Below, one piece after another: positions 25,010 to 37,814 of a stretch of 64,000 nt of DNA. Each line of letters begins with the position of its first letter. Position 1 is the stretch's first letter. This DNA is from Hypanus sabinus (lineage: Eukaryota), in contig NC_082731.1 of the NCBI RefSeq assembly GCF_030144855.1, positions 25,606,001 to 25,670,000 on the forward strand, written 5' to 3'. Both the position numbers and the translations under genes were made by a program. Below the pieces are notes generated by a model that worked only from the letters and a program-made list of their open reading frames with translations, made no database searches and was not told the DNA's origin.

Positions 25010-27930
25010 CATGTCAAGTCAAGTCAACTCAAGTCACTTTTAATTGCCATTTCGTCCATAGCTTCTGGTACAGTACATAGTGAATACGAGACAACGTTTT
25101 TCAGGACTATGGTGTTACATGACGCAGTACAAAACTAGTCTGAACTACGTAAAAAAACAACACAGAAAAAAAAAACTACACTAGACAATGGACCTACCCA
25201 GGACCGCGTAAAGTGCATAAAAAAGTTCAGGAATTACCATCAATAATAAACAAGACGGTAGGGCAGTAAGTTGTCAGTCCAGGCTTTGAGTATTGGGGGG
25301 GTCTGATAGCTTGGGGAAAGAAACTGTTTCACAGTCTTGTTGTGAGAGCCCGAATGCTTCGGTGCCTTTTTCCAGATGGCAGGAAGGAGAAGAGTATGTA
25401 GGAGGGGTGCTTGGGGTCCCTCACGATGCTGTTTGCTTTGGGATTGCAGCGTGTAGTATCAATATCCGTAATGGCGGGAAGAGAGACCCCGATGATCTTC
25501 TCAGCTGACCTCAATATCTGCGCAGTGTCTTGCGATCCGAGATTATGTATTTTCCGAATCAGGCAGTGGTGCAGCTGGTCCGGATGTTCTCAATACAACC
25601 CCTGTAAAATGTGAACAATATGAAGGGTGGGCGATGGACTTTCCTCAGCCTTCGCAGAAAGTAGAGACGCTACTGGGCCTTCATTGCTATGGAGCTGGCG
25701 TTGAGTGACGAGGTGAGATTCTCCAACCAGGTGAACACCAAGATATTTGGTGTTCTTAACGATCTCTGCAAAGGATCCATCGATGTGAATAAATGTGAAG
25801 TTATCCACTTTGGAAGCAGGAACAAGAGGGCAGAGAATTGTCTGAACGGTGTAGAGTTAGGTAAGGGGGAAATGCAAAGAGACCTAGGAGTCCTAGTTCA
25901 CCAGTCAATGAAGGTGAATGAGCAAGTGCAACAGACAGTGAAGAGGGCAAATGGAATGTTGGCCTTTGTTACAAGGGGAATTGAGTACAACAGCAAGGAT
26001 GTCCTTTTGCATTTGTACAGGGCCCTGGTGAGACAACACCTGGAATATTGTGTCCAGTTTTGGTCTCCAGGTTTAAGGAAGGACATTCTGGCAATTGAGG
26101 AAGTGCAGCGTAGATTCACTGGGTTGATTCCTGGGATGGCAGGGCTGTCTTACGCAGAGAGATTGGAGAGATTGGGCTTGTACATGCTGGAATTGAGGAG
26201 ATTGAGAGGGGATCTGATTGAAACGTTTAAGATAATTAAAGGATTCGATAGGATTCAGGCAGGAAATATGCTCCAGATGTTGGGAGTCCAGTACCAGAGG
26301 ACATGGATTGAGAATAAGAGGTCAGTTATTTAAAACAGAGTTGAGGAAGAGCTTCTTCTCCCATAGAGTTGTGGAGGTGTGGAATGCACTGCCTCAGAAG
26401 ACGGTGGAGGCCAATTCTCTGGATGCTTTCAAGAAGGAGCTAAATAGATATCAGATGGATAGGGGAATCAAGGGATATGGGGACAAGGCAGGGACTGGGT
26501 ATTGATAATGAATGATCAGCCATGCTCTCAGAATGGCGGTGCAGATTCGAGGGGCCGAATGGTCTACTTCTGCACCTATTGTCTATTGTCTATTGTTCAT
26601 CTTGGAGTTGTCGCTCCGTGCCGTCCAGAAGTCAACAACCGTCTCTTTTGTTTTGCTCACATTCAGCGAGAGGTTGTTGGCTCTGCACCAGTGCGTTAGC
26701 TGCTGCACATATTCTCTTTAAGCTGACTCGTCGTTCTTGCTGATGATACTCACCGCGGTCGTATCATCGGCGACTTGATGATGTGGTTCAAGCTGTCTGT
26801 TGCAGCACAGTCATGGGTCAGCAGATTGACTAGCAGTGGACTGTGCACACAGCCCTGGGGGGTTCCCGTGCTCAGTGTGATAGTGTCGAAGATGCTGCCT
26901 CTGATTCGAACTGACTGACAGTCAGGAAGTCTAGATTCCAGTTGCAGAGGAAGATGTTAAATTCCAGTATGCTCAGGTTTCCAATCAGATTCTGAGCGAA
27001 TCTACGACCAGAATCCGAATATATGTCTTTTTTGTCCAGTTGGGTTAGTGCCAGGTGGAGGGTGATGGCAATGGCGTGGACTGTTGAACAGTTGAGACAT
27101 TACGTGTACTGCAGGGAAACCAGTGAAGGGGCAGCTCGAAATACTTCACGATGATGAATGTGAGTGCAACGGGGCGGTAGTCATTTAGGCAGGACACTGA
27201 ACACTGCTTAGGCCCAGGGACGATGGTGGCGGCCTTGAAGCTAGTTGAAACGCTGGCACTGCTCAGAGAGATGTTGAAGTTGTCAGTGAGAACATCTGCT
27301 AGCTGGTCTAAACATCCTCTGAGAACACTACCATGAATAGTAACTGGTCCAGCAGCCTTCCGTGTGTTGACCCAGCACAGGGTTCTTCTCACATCGGCCA
27401 GGGTGAGATACAGCACATGATCATTTGCAGGAAGGATGGACTTCCTTGCCGCCACGTTATTTTCCGACTCAGAAAGTGCGTAGAGATTATTCAGCGCATC
27501 TGGGAGGGAGGCATCACCCACACAGTCAGGAGATGCTGTCCGGTTATTAGTGATGTCTTGCATGACCTTGCACATGAGCCACGTGTGGACGCTGTACTGG
27601 AAGTGACTGTGGATTCGCTGGGCTTGTGCACGCATTGCCCCTCTAATGGCCGGGACATTTTGGCCCTTGCTATTGCCAGGGCTGCCTTGTCGCCTGTTCT
27701 GAAGGCAGAGTCACAGGTCATCAGCAGCGTACGCACCTCCGCTGCCATCCATGGTTTCTGGTTATCGCGTGTCGTGATGGTCTTGTACAGAGTAACATAA
27801 TCGGTGCACTTACTGATGTGGCTAATCACTGATGCTTTGTATTCCTCTAAGTTCGTAGTGTCCTCATCGGTTGCAGCCTCCCGGACAATTTGCAGGCCCT
27901 TTGCAAACTGTCCTTGAATTAAAAACATAG
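25010..27930 (-). mobile_element. Rex1/Babar-like LINE interrupted by a CR1 insertion
   Basis: ORFs 27928-27491 and 27635-27045 (RKAAGP..., LADVLTDNFNISL, LNDYRPVALT), KYLGVHL, and a (gtcaa)n 3' tail at 25013-25038. The sequence resumes on both sides of 25785-26600. Confidence 0.85.
25785..26600 (+). mobile_element. Young 5'-truncated CR1 nested in the Rex1-like LINE
   Basis: NKCEVIHFG...LEYCVQFWSP...RRLRGDLIETFKI and a (ctattgt)n tail. Highly similar to 39085-39905. Confidence 0.9.
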
Positions 27931-27939
27931 TCTAGCAAA

Positions 27940-30400
27940 TTAATATGCACGTCACTGTGAATCCACTGCTCTTTTAATAATGCCTACAGTCCTCGAACCT
28001 GTTGCCCAAACATAAGTTCAAAGGGTCTAAAGCCTAGGGACTCTTGGACTGACCATCTTACTGCAAATAAAAGCAAGTGAACTCCCTCATCCAAATGCTT
28101 CTCATTTTCAATACAAAATGTCTTTTAGTGTTTTGACATATAATGGAATCTTCCTGAGGCCCCTTAGGATTCGGCATGGCATGCAGACGACGTAATTTGT
28201 TCGGCTCACAGTTTGCAAAGTACCTGCTGGAATAATCTTGACATAAAATTACCTCCTTAATCAAACTGGATTTCTTTAGGCATACCAAAGATGTGAAACA
28301 AATTAAGAGAGCCTTCGACATAGTTTGAGCTTTTATCTTCCTGAGAAGTATGGCTTCTGGGTATCTAGATGTTGTACTCATGATGGTTTGGAGATACTGA
28401 TGGCCAGTTTTAGACTTGGGCAATAGGGCCACACAATCCTCAATAACATTAGAAAAGGGTTCACCAGGTGTAGGATCAGGCTGCAGTGGGGCTCCTGGGG
28501 TAACCTGATAAGGTTTACCGACAACCTGACAAGTGTGAAAATTTCGGCAAAACGTCGCAACATCTTTCCTCAAACAAGGTCAGAAGAGTTGTTTAATAAC
28601 CCTGGCCACNNNNNNNNNNNNNNNNNNNNNNNNNNNNNNNNNNNNNNNNNNNNNNNNNNNNNNNNNNNNNNNNNNNNNNNNNNNNNNNNNNNNNNNNNNN
28701 NNNNNNNNNNNNNNNNNNNNNNNNNNNNNNNNNNNNNNNNNNNNNNNNNNNNNNNNNNNNNNNNNNNNNNNNNNNNNNNNNNNNNNNNNNNNNNNNNNNN
28801 NNNNNNNNNNGTCGCTGACAAGTCATCAATACTTGAATACGGATTTGGTCTATCAAAGATAGCAGTACCATGCTGCAGAGAACCATCAACTTTGGCAAGC
28901 ACCTTTGCCATACCTCAGTTTACTGCACAGGATGGATACTTGTTACAATCCGTCTTTCGATCATCAGTGATTAGCTTAGTCGTCAGCCGCACTGCAGGAG
29001 CAACTTTACACCTGCGAGGTCATTTCCTAACAACAAAGAAATACCCTGCACCGGTAAACTGGGCACACTTCAAAATTACTTTCCATAGAGACCCAGAAAC
29101 AATGACCTCTCCAATGCCTTGAGTAAGATTTAACTCACCAGTGGCAGTCTCATCATTAAACTTTAGAACACTGTCTAACAAGAGTGACTAAGAAGCCCTA
29201 GTACCAGAATATTCTCTGGTACCAGAGGTGGCCATTCATTCACTGAAACAAATCCCTCTAATATGAAAGGACTGTATTCCTTTCTAACCAGGTCAGACTT
29301 CTCAACCTTTGATAGAGCTTCATCAGAATGTATAGAACCGTGTGGGTTCACTGGTATTTCACAGTGCTGAATACAGACACCTGAAACTACCTCCTTTTCC
29401 TTTTCCTTCTTTGGGAGGAAGCTTTTAGCCATAACATGACCAGGTTTCTTGAAATAGTGACAAGTAGGACCACAATGTTTGTCCTCTAACGGCATCGCTT
29501 CATACTTACACTAGTCCCAGATTTGATTTTTGTTTTAAACATAAATATCCATGCGAATCCTTTGGAGGGTCTTACACGGAGTAAACGTAACTTGTGCATT
29601 AGTGCAAACCCATCTGCTAATTTTGAGACTCTTGCAAAGTGGCAACATCCTTCAAGTCTAAATATGTATTTATGTCATTTAGGACGCACTTTTTAAACAC
29701 TTCAAATAACACGAATTCTTTCACTTTGTCAAGCTCACCATCCACAGTTTCAGATGTACACCGTCGTTCAAAACACACAGACTAGTCATAAGCAAGTTCT
29801 ACATGAGTCTGGTTCACAAATCTTCTCAGATTCCGAAACCATTAAGCACAGTCTGTTTCACGATCTCACAATTAGCTGTGTCGTCAGTTAATAGGGCAGA
29901 ATAAGCCTAATGGGCCTTACCCTTAATTACATTCTGTAACAGAAGAAGCCAACCAAAGTTTGGCCACTGTAAGCTATGAACTACCTTTACAAAATGCTCA
30001 AAGAATTTACCAACTTCAGCTTCATCAAAAGGAGGGACCATTTTAATTTCCTAACTGGAAGCAAACCTATCACCATAGTCAAACGCTGTATCCCCTTGTA
30101 GTAGTTTCTCAAAATCTCTAGCTCGAACCTCTTTTCTTTCGCTGCTTCCGCAATTTCAAAATGTTTTTGTCTTTCTCTGTACTCTAATTTAAGCCTCTCC
30201 TGCTCGAACATTTGTTGTTCCAGCCGGAAGATTCTCTCCTGGTTTCCTTTCAGGAAATATATCTAACACCTCCTCTTCAAACGTATCCATAGATATAGAG
30301 TGCTCAAGTATTCTCCTCTGAATCACTGCCTTTCTCACAGACAGTTTCTCGGTAACAAGTCGCAGCTTTCTAGCAAGGACCAACAATTTGTGCTTTCCTA
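27940..30400 (-). mobile_element. Gypsy LTR retrotransposon internal remnant (gag, protease region, integrase)
   Basis: Integrase ORF 28573-28058 (C..CQVVGKP...PFSNVIEDCV.LPKSKTGHQYL..SRYPEAI); decayed Zn-knuckle PTCHYFKKPGHV (29495-29175); gag N-terminal pieces at 29987-30400. Spans an N-gap. Confidence 0.85.
28610..28810. other. Assembly gap (N run)
   Basis: 201 N. Confidence 1.
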
Positions 30401-31985
30401 CAGTCTTGACAATAGACGTCAGCAGATCCCCACCACCACCACAGTACTCCGGTCGGCGGACCTGGTACTCACACTTAATGACTTCTCTTTTGGCTCTTCC
30501 CAATTTCTTCAGACCTAGGGTGTAGCTATGGGCCCCAGCTATGCCTGTCTCTTCGTTAGCTACATGGAACAGTCTTTGTTCCAAATCTATACTGGTACCG
30601 CTCCCCAATTTTCCCTACGCTACGCTGACGATTACATTGCTGCTGCATCCTGCACCCTGCTGACCTGATCAATTTCATCTACTTTGCGTCTAACTTCCAC
30701 CCAGCCCTCAAATTCACTTAGTACATCTGGAGCACTTCTTTCCCCTTTCTCGATCTCTGGAGACAGAATGTCCATTGACATCTTCTATAAACCTACTGAC
30801 TCTCAGAACTACCTCAACTATATCACCTCCCTCCCTGCCAAATGCAAACATGCTATTCCCTATTCCCAGTTCCTCCGTCTCCGCAGTATCTGCTCCCAGA
30901 ATGAGGATTTCCGTTCCAGGACATCTCAAAAGTCCTCTTTCTTTAAAAATCGTGGTTTCTCTTCTGCCGTCATCATTGATGCCCTCACACGCATCTCCTC
31001 CATATCCCGCATATCGGCCCTCATCTCGTCCTCCCGTCACCACAACAAGGACCGAGTTCCCTTTGTACTCTTCTACAACCCCACGAAACTCCGGATCTAG
31101 AAAATTATCCGCTGCATACCCCGCAACATTCAACAGGACCCCACCACTAAGCACATCTTTCCCTTTCTACCCCACTCCGATTTTCGTGGGAATCGTTTCT
31201 CCGCGACTCTCTGGTCCACACGTCCCTCCCCACAGATCTTCGTCCTGACATTTATCCATGCAAGCGTAAGTGCAGCACCTGTCCCTACACCTCCCCTCTT
31301 AACAACATTCAGGGCCCCAAACAGTCATTCTGGGTGAGGCAATACTTCACTTGTGAGTCTGTTGGCGTCACCTGTTGCATGCATTGCTCGTGATCTGGAC
31401 TACTCTACATCGCTGAGACTCGACGCAGATATGGGGACCGCTTCTTCTAGCACCTCCGCTCCGACCGACACAACGGAAAGGATCTCCCGTTTGCCAGCCG
31501 CTTCAAATCTGCTTTACATTCACATTCGATTTTGCCCAATAATGGCCTTGTCTACGTCCATGATGAGGCCAAACCCAGGTTGAAGGAGCAACACCTCATA
31601 TACCGTCTGGATAGGTTCCAGCCCCTTGGCATGGATATTGAATTTTCCCACTTCTGATCATTTACTCACTCTTCCTTCCCCATTCTAGTTTCCCTCTGCC
31701 CCGTCTTCCAGCTGCCTATCACCTCTCTCATGATTCCGCCTTCCTCTACTACCCATAGTACTTTCCCCTTACATTCCTTCTTCACCTTTTCCGCCGATCC
31801 CACCCTTGATCTTTCCTCTTACTCTTTTTTCACCTGCCATCTACCAGCCTTCTCCTTGCCACTCTCCCACAACCTTCTTTATAGGGTTCCTGACCCCTCC
31901 CTCTTCAGTCCTGATGAAGGGTCCCGGGGCGATGCATTGACTGCTCGTTTCCAAGGATAATCCCCGAGCGGCTGTGTTCCTCCAG
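30400..31985 (+). mobile_element. Penelope-like retroelement (RT + GIY-YIG), frameshifted
   Basis: tacgctgacgat (YADD-like), IDIFYKPTDSQNYLNY.S, SQFLRLRSICSQNEDF, GIY-YIG-type region, and terminal cctgatgaagggtc...ccagcg motif. Confidence 0.85.
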
Positions 31986-32334
31986 CGTGTTGTACTTTTT
32001 GCTTTGACACCAACAACTGCTTTGTGTTTCACTTTACTTTTCTGTCATTCTCTAATACCTCAGGGTCTGGCGATGCTAGAATTCTCTCAATATCCATTGG
32101 TGCAGGTTTCCACACACACGTTAATCAAAATAAAGTAACCAATCAGATAGGTAATCAATCAATGAGCACCAATCATCATCAAATCGCGGTCAAGCCCTTA
32201 ATTAATGTTACGCACGAGCAGCAATAGATCGCACATTGGGTCAGGTCTTGATGTTAAAACCATTATCTTTATTATTATCTACACATAGAGCGTTTGAAAT
32301 AGCGAGAAATTCATCGACATGAACAGAAGTTAAC

Positions 32335-33809
32335 TGTCATAAGCAGGCGATAGAAGCGAACCCAAATTCAAGACACAGACACCGAAGTATTAGGAACAGG
32401 TCTATGTTTATTAAGGATGCCAGGGAAGCCATGGAGCGAGGACAATATGGTAAAATGAACGTAGACGTAGTGTGACTACCCGGAAAAACTGGACTTCGAA
32501 CTGGGGCCTGAACTTGACAGGGAACTCAGGTCATGATTCGGAACATGGGTCTTGGCAAGGACTCGGTACCTGGGTTTAGACTTGTATCCTGGCTAGAACT
32601 CGGACGTGGCTTGGAATTGACTTGCTCCTGGTATGGACTTGACTCGTGCCTGGCTTGGATTTGACGCTGGCCTGGCTTGGACTTGACTCGGGTTTGGATT
32701 GGACTTGACTAGATCCTGGCTTGGACTTGACTCGAGCCTGGCTTTGATTTGAATCTGGCCTGACTTGGACTTGACTCGAGTCTGGGTTGGACTTGACTCT
32801 GGCCTGGCTTGGACTTGACTAGATCCTGGCTTGGACTTGACTAGATCCTGGCTTCGACTTGACTCGTGCCTGGCTTGGACTTGACTCGAGCCTGGCTTGG
32901 ACTTGACTAGATCCTGGCTTGGACTTGACTCGAACCTGGCTTTGATTTGAATCTGGCCTGACTTGGACTTGACTCGAGCCTGGGTTGGCCTTGACTCTGG
33001 ACTGGCTTGGACTTGAATCGGGTTTGGCTTGGACTTGACTAGATCCTAGCTTGGATTTGACTCTGGCCTGGCTTGGACTTGACTCGAGCCTGGATTGGAT
33101 TTGACTCTGGTTTGGCTTGGACTTGACTTGATCCTGTCTCGGACTTGATTCAAGCCAGGCTTAGGTTTGACTCTGGCCTGGCTTGGACTTGAATCGGGTT
33201 TGGCTCGGACTTGACTCGGGCAGGCTTTGTGTTGAGTCTCGACTGGAACTTGGATGTTGTCCACTACTTTGGTCTAGACTCAGACTGGACTTCGACACAG
33301 GGCATAGAGCACGGAGCCGGGGCTCCTCCTTGAACGGAGGACATAAGAGCCAGGACTCTTCTTAGACACAGGGCACAAAACACTGACAGTGCTCCTCACT
33401 CAGGGCAACGCAAAGATTTGACGCAGCGAGTTAACCTGACAAGGTTACTGACGAGACTGCCACCAAGGATGCCACCGAAGTTACTCATGAGGAGGCTACT
33501 GACGAGCAGACCACCAAAGTTGCCAGCGTGATGCCGCCGAGCTTGCCGCTGAGGAGGTTACTGACGAGGGGACTGACGAGGTTTCAGACGCCGGACCGTC
33601 CAGCATGCACCACTGGACACCAAAGCTATTTATGTTAGCAGCCCGAACGAGAATCAGGTGCCTCAATTAAGAAATCCAAAGAAACAAGGGGAAAAAAAAA
33701 AACGGAATAACAGGAGTGCAGAATCACGGACCGGGACGTACACTGGAATGCGGAGTTCACGGACCGGGTCGTACACTGGAATGCGGAGTTCACGTACCGG
33801 ATCATGGCA
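32335..33809 (-). mobile_element. Solo-LTR-like element carrying a ~22-bp minisatellite (copy 1)
   Basis: Starts TGTCA, ends TGGCA. Array of cctggcttggacttgactcgag-like units at about 32625-33220. A 33-bp tandem duplication at 33725-33790. Homologous (inverted) to 59987-61140. Confidence 0.7.
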
Positions 33810-35760
33810 CTCCCTTGTTCAAACATAATACACTAGTTTTAGATGTAACTATTTCATCCTCCATCTGTATGCGAAATTCAATTTTACTACGATCACTCTT
33901 TCCAAGAGGATCCCTGACAACAAGATCGTTAATCTTACCTGTCTCATTGCAGAGGACTATATCTATGATAGTAGAGTCCGTTGTAGGTTCATTGACCTGC
34001 TGCTCAATAAAGACATCACGGATGCATTCTCAGAAGTCCTCCTCAAGACATCCTTGACCAACTTGATTCACCAAATCATTGCGGTTGTTAAAATCCTCCA
34101 TTACAATTGCCGTTCTCTTCTTTCAAGCCTCAGTCGTTTCTTGGTTAAGCGCCTCTGCCACTGCAGCATTTTATTAGGTGTCTTATAGCCAAGACCCACC
34201 GGTGATTTCTTCGTTTACCTATACTTAATCTCTACCCAGTTGGACTCAGTATTCTGTTCCGTAGATCTTATATCGTCTCTCACAATCGCCCTTATCTCAT
34301 CCCTAATCAAGAGCGCCAACCTACCTACAGTGCGTTCCTGATTATCTTTCCGTATTCTTGGATATTCAATTCCCAATCATCTTCAGCTTGGAACCAGGTT
34401 TCTATAATGGTCACTAAATAATATTCCGTGGTACTAATCTGTGCCACAAGTTTACTAACCTTGTTTCTAATGCTACGGGCATTTAAAAACATGTCCTTAT
34501 ACTCATTGTCCTTCTGGAACATAGTGATCTAGGGATTTGTTTCCCCTTTTATGCATTATACTCTACTTTTTTTTCCCTACACGAACTCCAACTTTGGTCT
34601 CTTCATCACTTTCTTCTTCTATTCTGTGTGGGTTCCTAATCCCCCTGCCATATTAGTCTCCCCAACAGCACTATCAAACATTCTCCCACTGACATTGATC
34701 CCGGCTATATGCAGATGTAAACCATCCGGATGATACTTATCCCGCCTCCCCCAGAAGCGGTTGCAATACCTCAAGAATCTGAAACCCGCCTTCATGCACC
34801 ATCGCGCAAGCCAAATATTCATTCTAGCTATCCTGCTATTCCAACTCTGGCTAGCACGTGGCATCGGTAGTAATCCGGAGATTACTATCTTTGAGGTCCT
34901 GCTCTTTAATTTAATGCTCAGTTCCCTAATTTCACCTTGTAGGATATCATCCCTCTTTCTTCCTATATCGTTAGCACCTAAATGCACCCCGACAGCCTTC
35001 CGTTTCAGCTTGCCCTGCACCCTGTCCGAGAAATCTCTGACTGTTGCACTCGGGAGGCAACAGACCATACGGGAGTCCCGTTTGCCTACAGCGAAGCTCC
35101 TCTCTGCTCCCCTTTCATGGAATCCGCTATTACAACAGCTACGCCTACATGCGCAGCAGAGCAAACCACTGTGCCATGGTCCTGGTTACTGCTTTTTCAG
35201 CTGTTGAGCCATCTCCCCCAACAGACGACAAGGCAATGTACCTGTTATGGAGGGAGATTACTGCATCAGACTCCTGTACTCTCTTTCCACTACTGCTCTT
35301 CATGCTGTTCACCCCTTCCCTGTCTTTCCTTAGATCCTTAAACTGCGGTGTGACCATCTCACTAAATGTGTCATACACAACGCTCTCAGCATCTCGGATT
35401 CTCCAATGTGAGCCCATGCACAGCTCCAGTATTGTTAAGTGGTCTGTTAGGAGCTGCAATGGACACGCTTCCTGCACATGTAGACTTCAGGGACACTGTC
35501 AACCTCCCTGAGTACCCACATGTCACAGGAGAAGCTTGACACTGCTCTGAGTTCACCTACCATGACGGAGCAACGGATGTTAGCGGAAGAGGACCACGGG
35601 AGAAAGGGAAGAGCACAGTGGGGAAGTCAAACGCTGCTATCTGTGAATTTCTGCGAAACAGTTCTTCGCCTTGACCCTTCTTCGCTGAAACCCGGTTTGA
35701 GCCAGACCACTCACTGCGCTACCCTCTCACTCCGCTATATTGTAGACAACCAAGACAACA
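33810..35760 (-). mobile_element. CR1 5' portion (ORF1 esterase and start of ORF2), degenerate
   Basis: ORFs 35477-35145 and 35164-34619 (MVCCLP.ATVRD, VHLGANDIGRK, WLARWC..AGFRFL) and FLNARSIRNKV. Confidence 0.8.
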
Positions 35761-36764
35761 GAACTCAGAGAATTCCCCCGTAAGGAATGGCAGGTTTAGG
35801 GGACTGGTAGAGACAAAACAAAGAGCAGTCTTTGGCCGCGAAATTATTGACAATGTGCATTTAAAAGCGCACCGGGGTGATCCTATCTTAAAGGAATGAC
35901 TATTTTTGGACAGGCAATAGTCCCAACACCTGTCAAGTGCACACTGATAGCACTGTTTGCTTCTCCTGACCATAATGCAGCAGTAAGGTTCGAGAATCAG
36001 CTGCAGTTAATCTTATCTGGCGCACTCTTTCTGAATGGAATTTAAAACAACAAGCGGAATGTTGCATATTTTAGGCGGGCACTAAAGTTCTACGTCAGTG
36101 GGCTCTAATCACAAAATTGTACCCGCAATAATGGTAGCCCTCCAGAGGATGCAGGATTAACTTCTAGAATAATAGGACACGTGATTATTAATGCGGTCTT
36201 TTTCAAATATAAGGGGTAGTGCTGTCTATAAGAATGCTAGTTGTTGGTCATCTTACTGGAGATTTAATTATTAGAATTTTTTGATTAATTAGAAAAAGGT
36301 ATGGACAGCCTGATACGGAATTAACATAAGCTACCAGCAGTGGGCTATCCCGCATATCCCGTAAATAAATGATTTTGGCGGTGCTTAAAGCTGGTTTCCC
36401 GGAAGACGTAATAAATGGGGTTTTACACTCCCGATCGCTATGCACTGTGCAGAAAGTACTGTCCGAAGAAGCATGAATGGGAGGATGCAGTGGCGGAAGA
36501 ATCATTCTTCAAGCCCTTTGCAGATCAGGGTTATATTTCTCCTCTGCCAAGTAATAATATTCCATTCAAAATATCCATTATCCCACGCTGGAGTCATTAC
36601 AGATAGCTGTGTCATATTTTCACGAGCAGTGCTTTCGTGGGCTGGATAGCACATTCGAGCCACTTTGATCTAGGGATAGGATCATTTGACCTACATCGCT
36701 CTTCCCTCTAAATAATTTGAATAATGGAAATAAATTGAATGAGAGAAAAATGAGATTGATGGTC

Positions 36765-36908
36765 NNNNNNNNNNNNNNNNNNNNNNNNNNNNNNNNNNNN
36801 NNNNNNNNNNNNNNNNNNNNNNNNNNNNNNNNNNNNNNNNNNNNNNNNNNNNNNNNNNNNNNNNNNNNNNNNNNNNNNNNNNNNNNNNNNNNNNNNNNNN
36901 NNNNNNNN
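36765..36908. other. Assembly gap (N run)
   Basis: About 144 N. Confidence 1.
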
Positions 36909-36949
36909 GTTAGTGTGTCTGAGAAGGCACTGTCTTTTTAGAATGGATA

Positions 36950-37590
36950 AGGGATGTTTTTCCGCCACCACCAATGGGATACCACTATCAAGCATATCTT
37001 TCCCTCCCCCCTCTTTCTGCTTTCCACAGGGATCGCTCGCTATGTGACTCTCTTGTCCATTCATCCCCCCCATCACTTCCACCAATCTCCCTCCTGACAC
37101 TTATCCGTTCGAGTGGAACAGGCGCTACAATTGCCGTTACACTTCCTCCCTCAGCACCATTCAGGGCCCCAGCCAGTCCTTCCAGGTGAGGCGACACTTC
37201 ACGTGTGAGTAGGCCGGTGTGGTATACTGCGTCCGGTGCTCTCTGTGTGGTCTTTTATATATTGGTGAGACCCGCCGTAGACTGAAAAATCGTTTGGCTG
37301 TATTCCAGATCTCCCAGTGGCCACGCATTTTAATTCGACATCCCATTCCCATTCTGATATGTCTATCCATGGCCTCCTCTACTGTTAAGATGAAGCCACA
37401 CTCAGGTTGGAGGAACAACACCTTCTATACCGGCGGGGTAGCTCCAACCTGATGGCATGAATATTGACATCTCTAACTTCAATTAATGCCCCTCCTCCCT
37501 CCATCCCTGATATATTTAGCTTTCTTTCCCCTCCTTTTTTTTCTCTCTTTTTGCCCATCACTCTGCCTGTTCTCCATCTCCCTCTGAAAA
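36950..37590 (+). mobile_element. Penelope 3' fragment (GIY-YIG region)
   Basis: MVYCVRCSLCGLLYIGETRRRL. Confidence 0.8.
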
Positions 37591-37814
37591 TCCCCAGCTG
37601 AAGTCTGAACTTTCCTAATGTTATATATCATTGCCCTCATAATCTTTAGAATTGTTTATAATTAGTTTCGATATTAAGTCTCATCTTTGTAATGTCACAC
37701 CCGATGCTGAACCAATCAGTAACAAAAGACTTTCAGCTCTACTCCCGCATTTTAGATGGTTGCGAATGTACGCTAATGCATTTTCCTAAACCCACAGACT
37801 CTTACTTTCTACCG

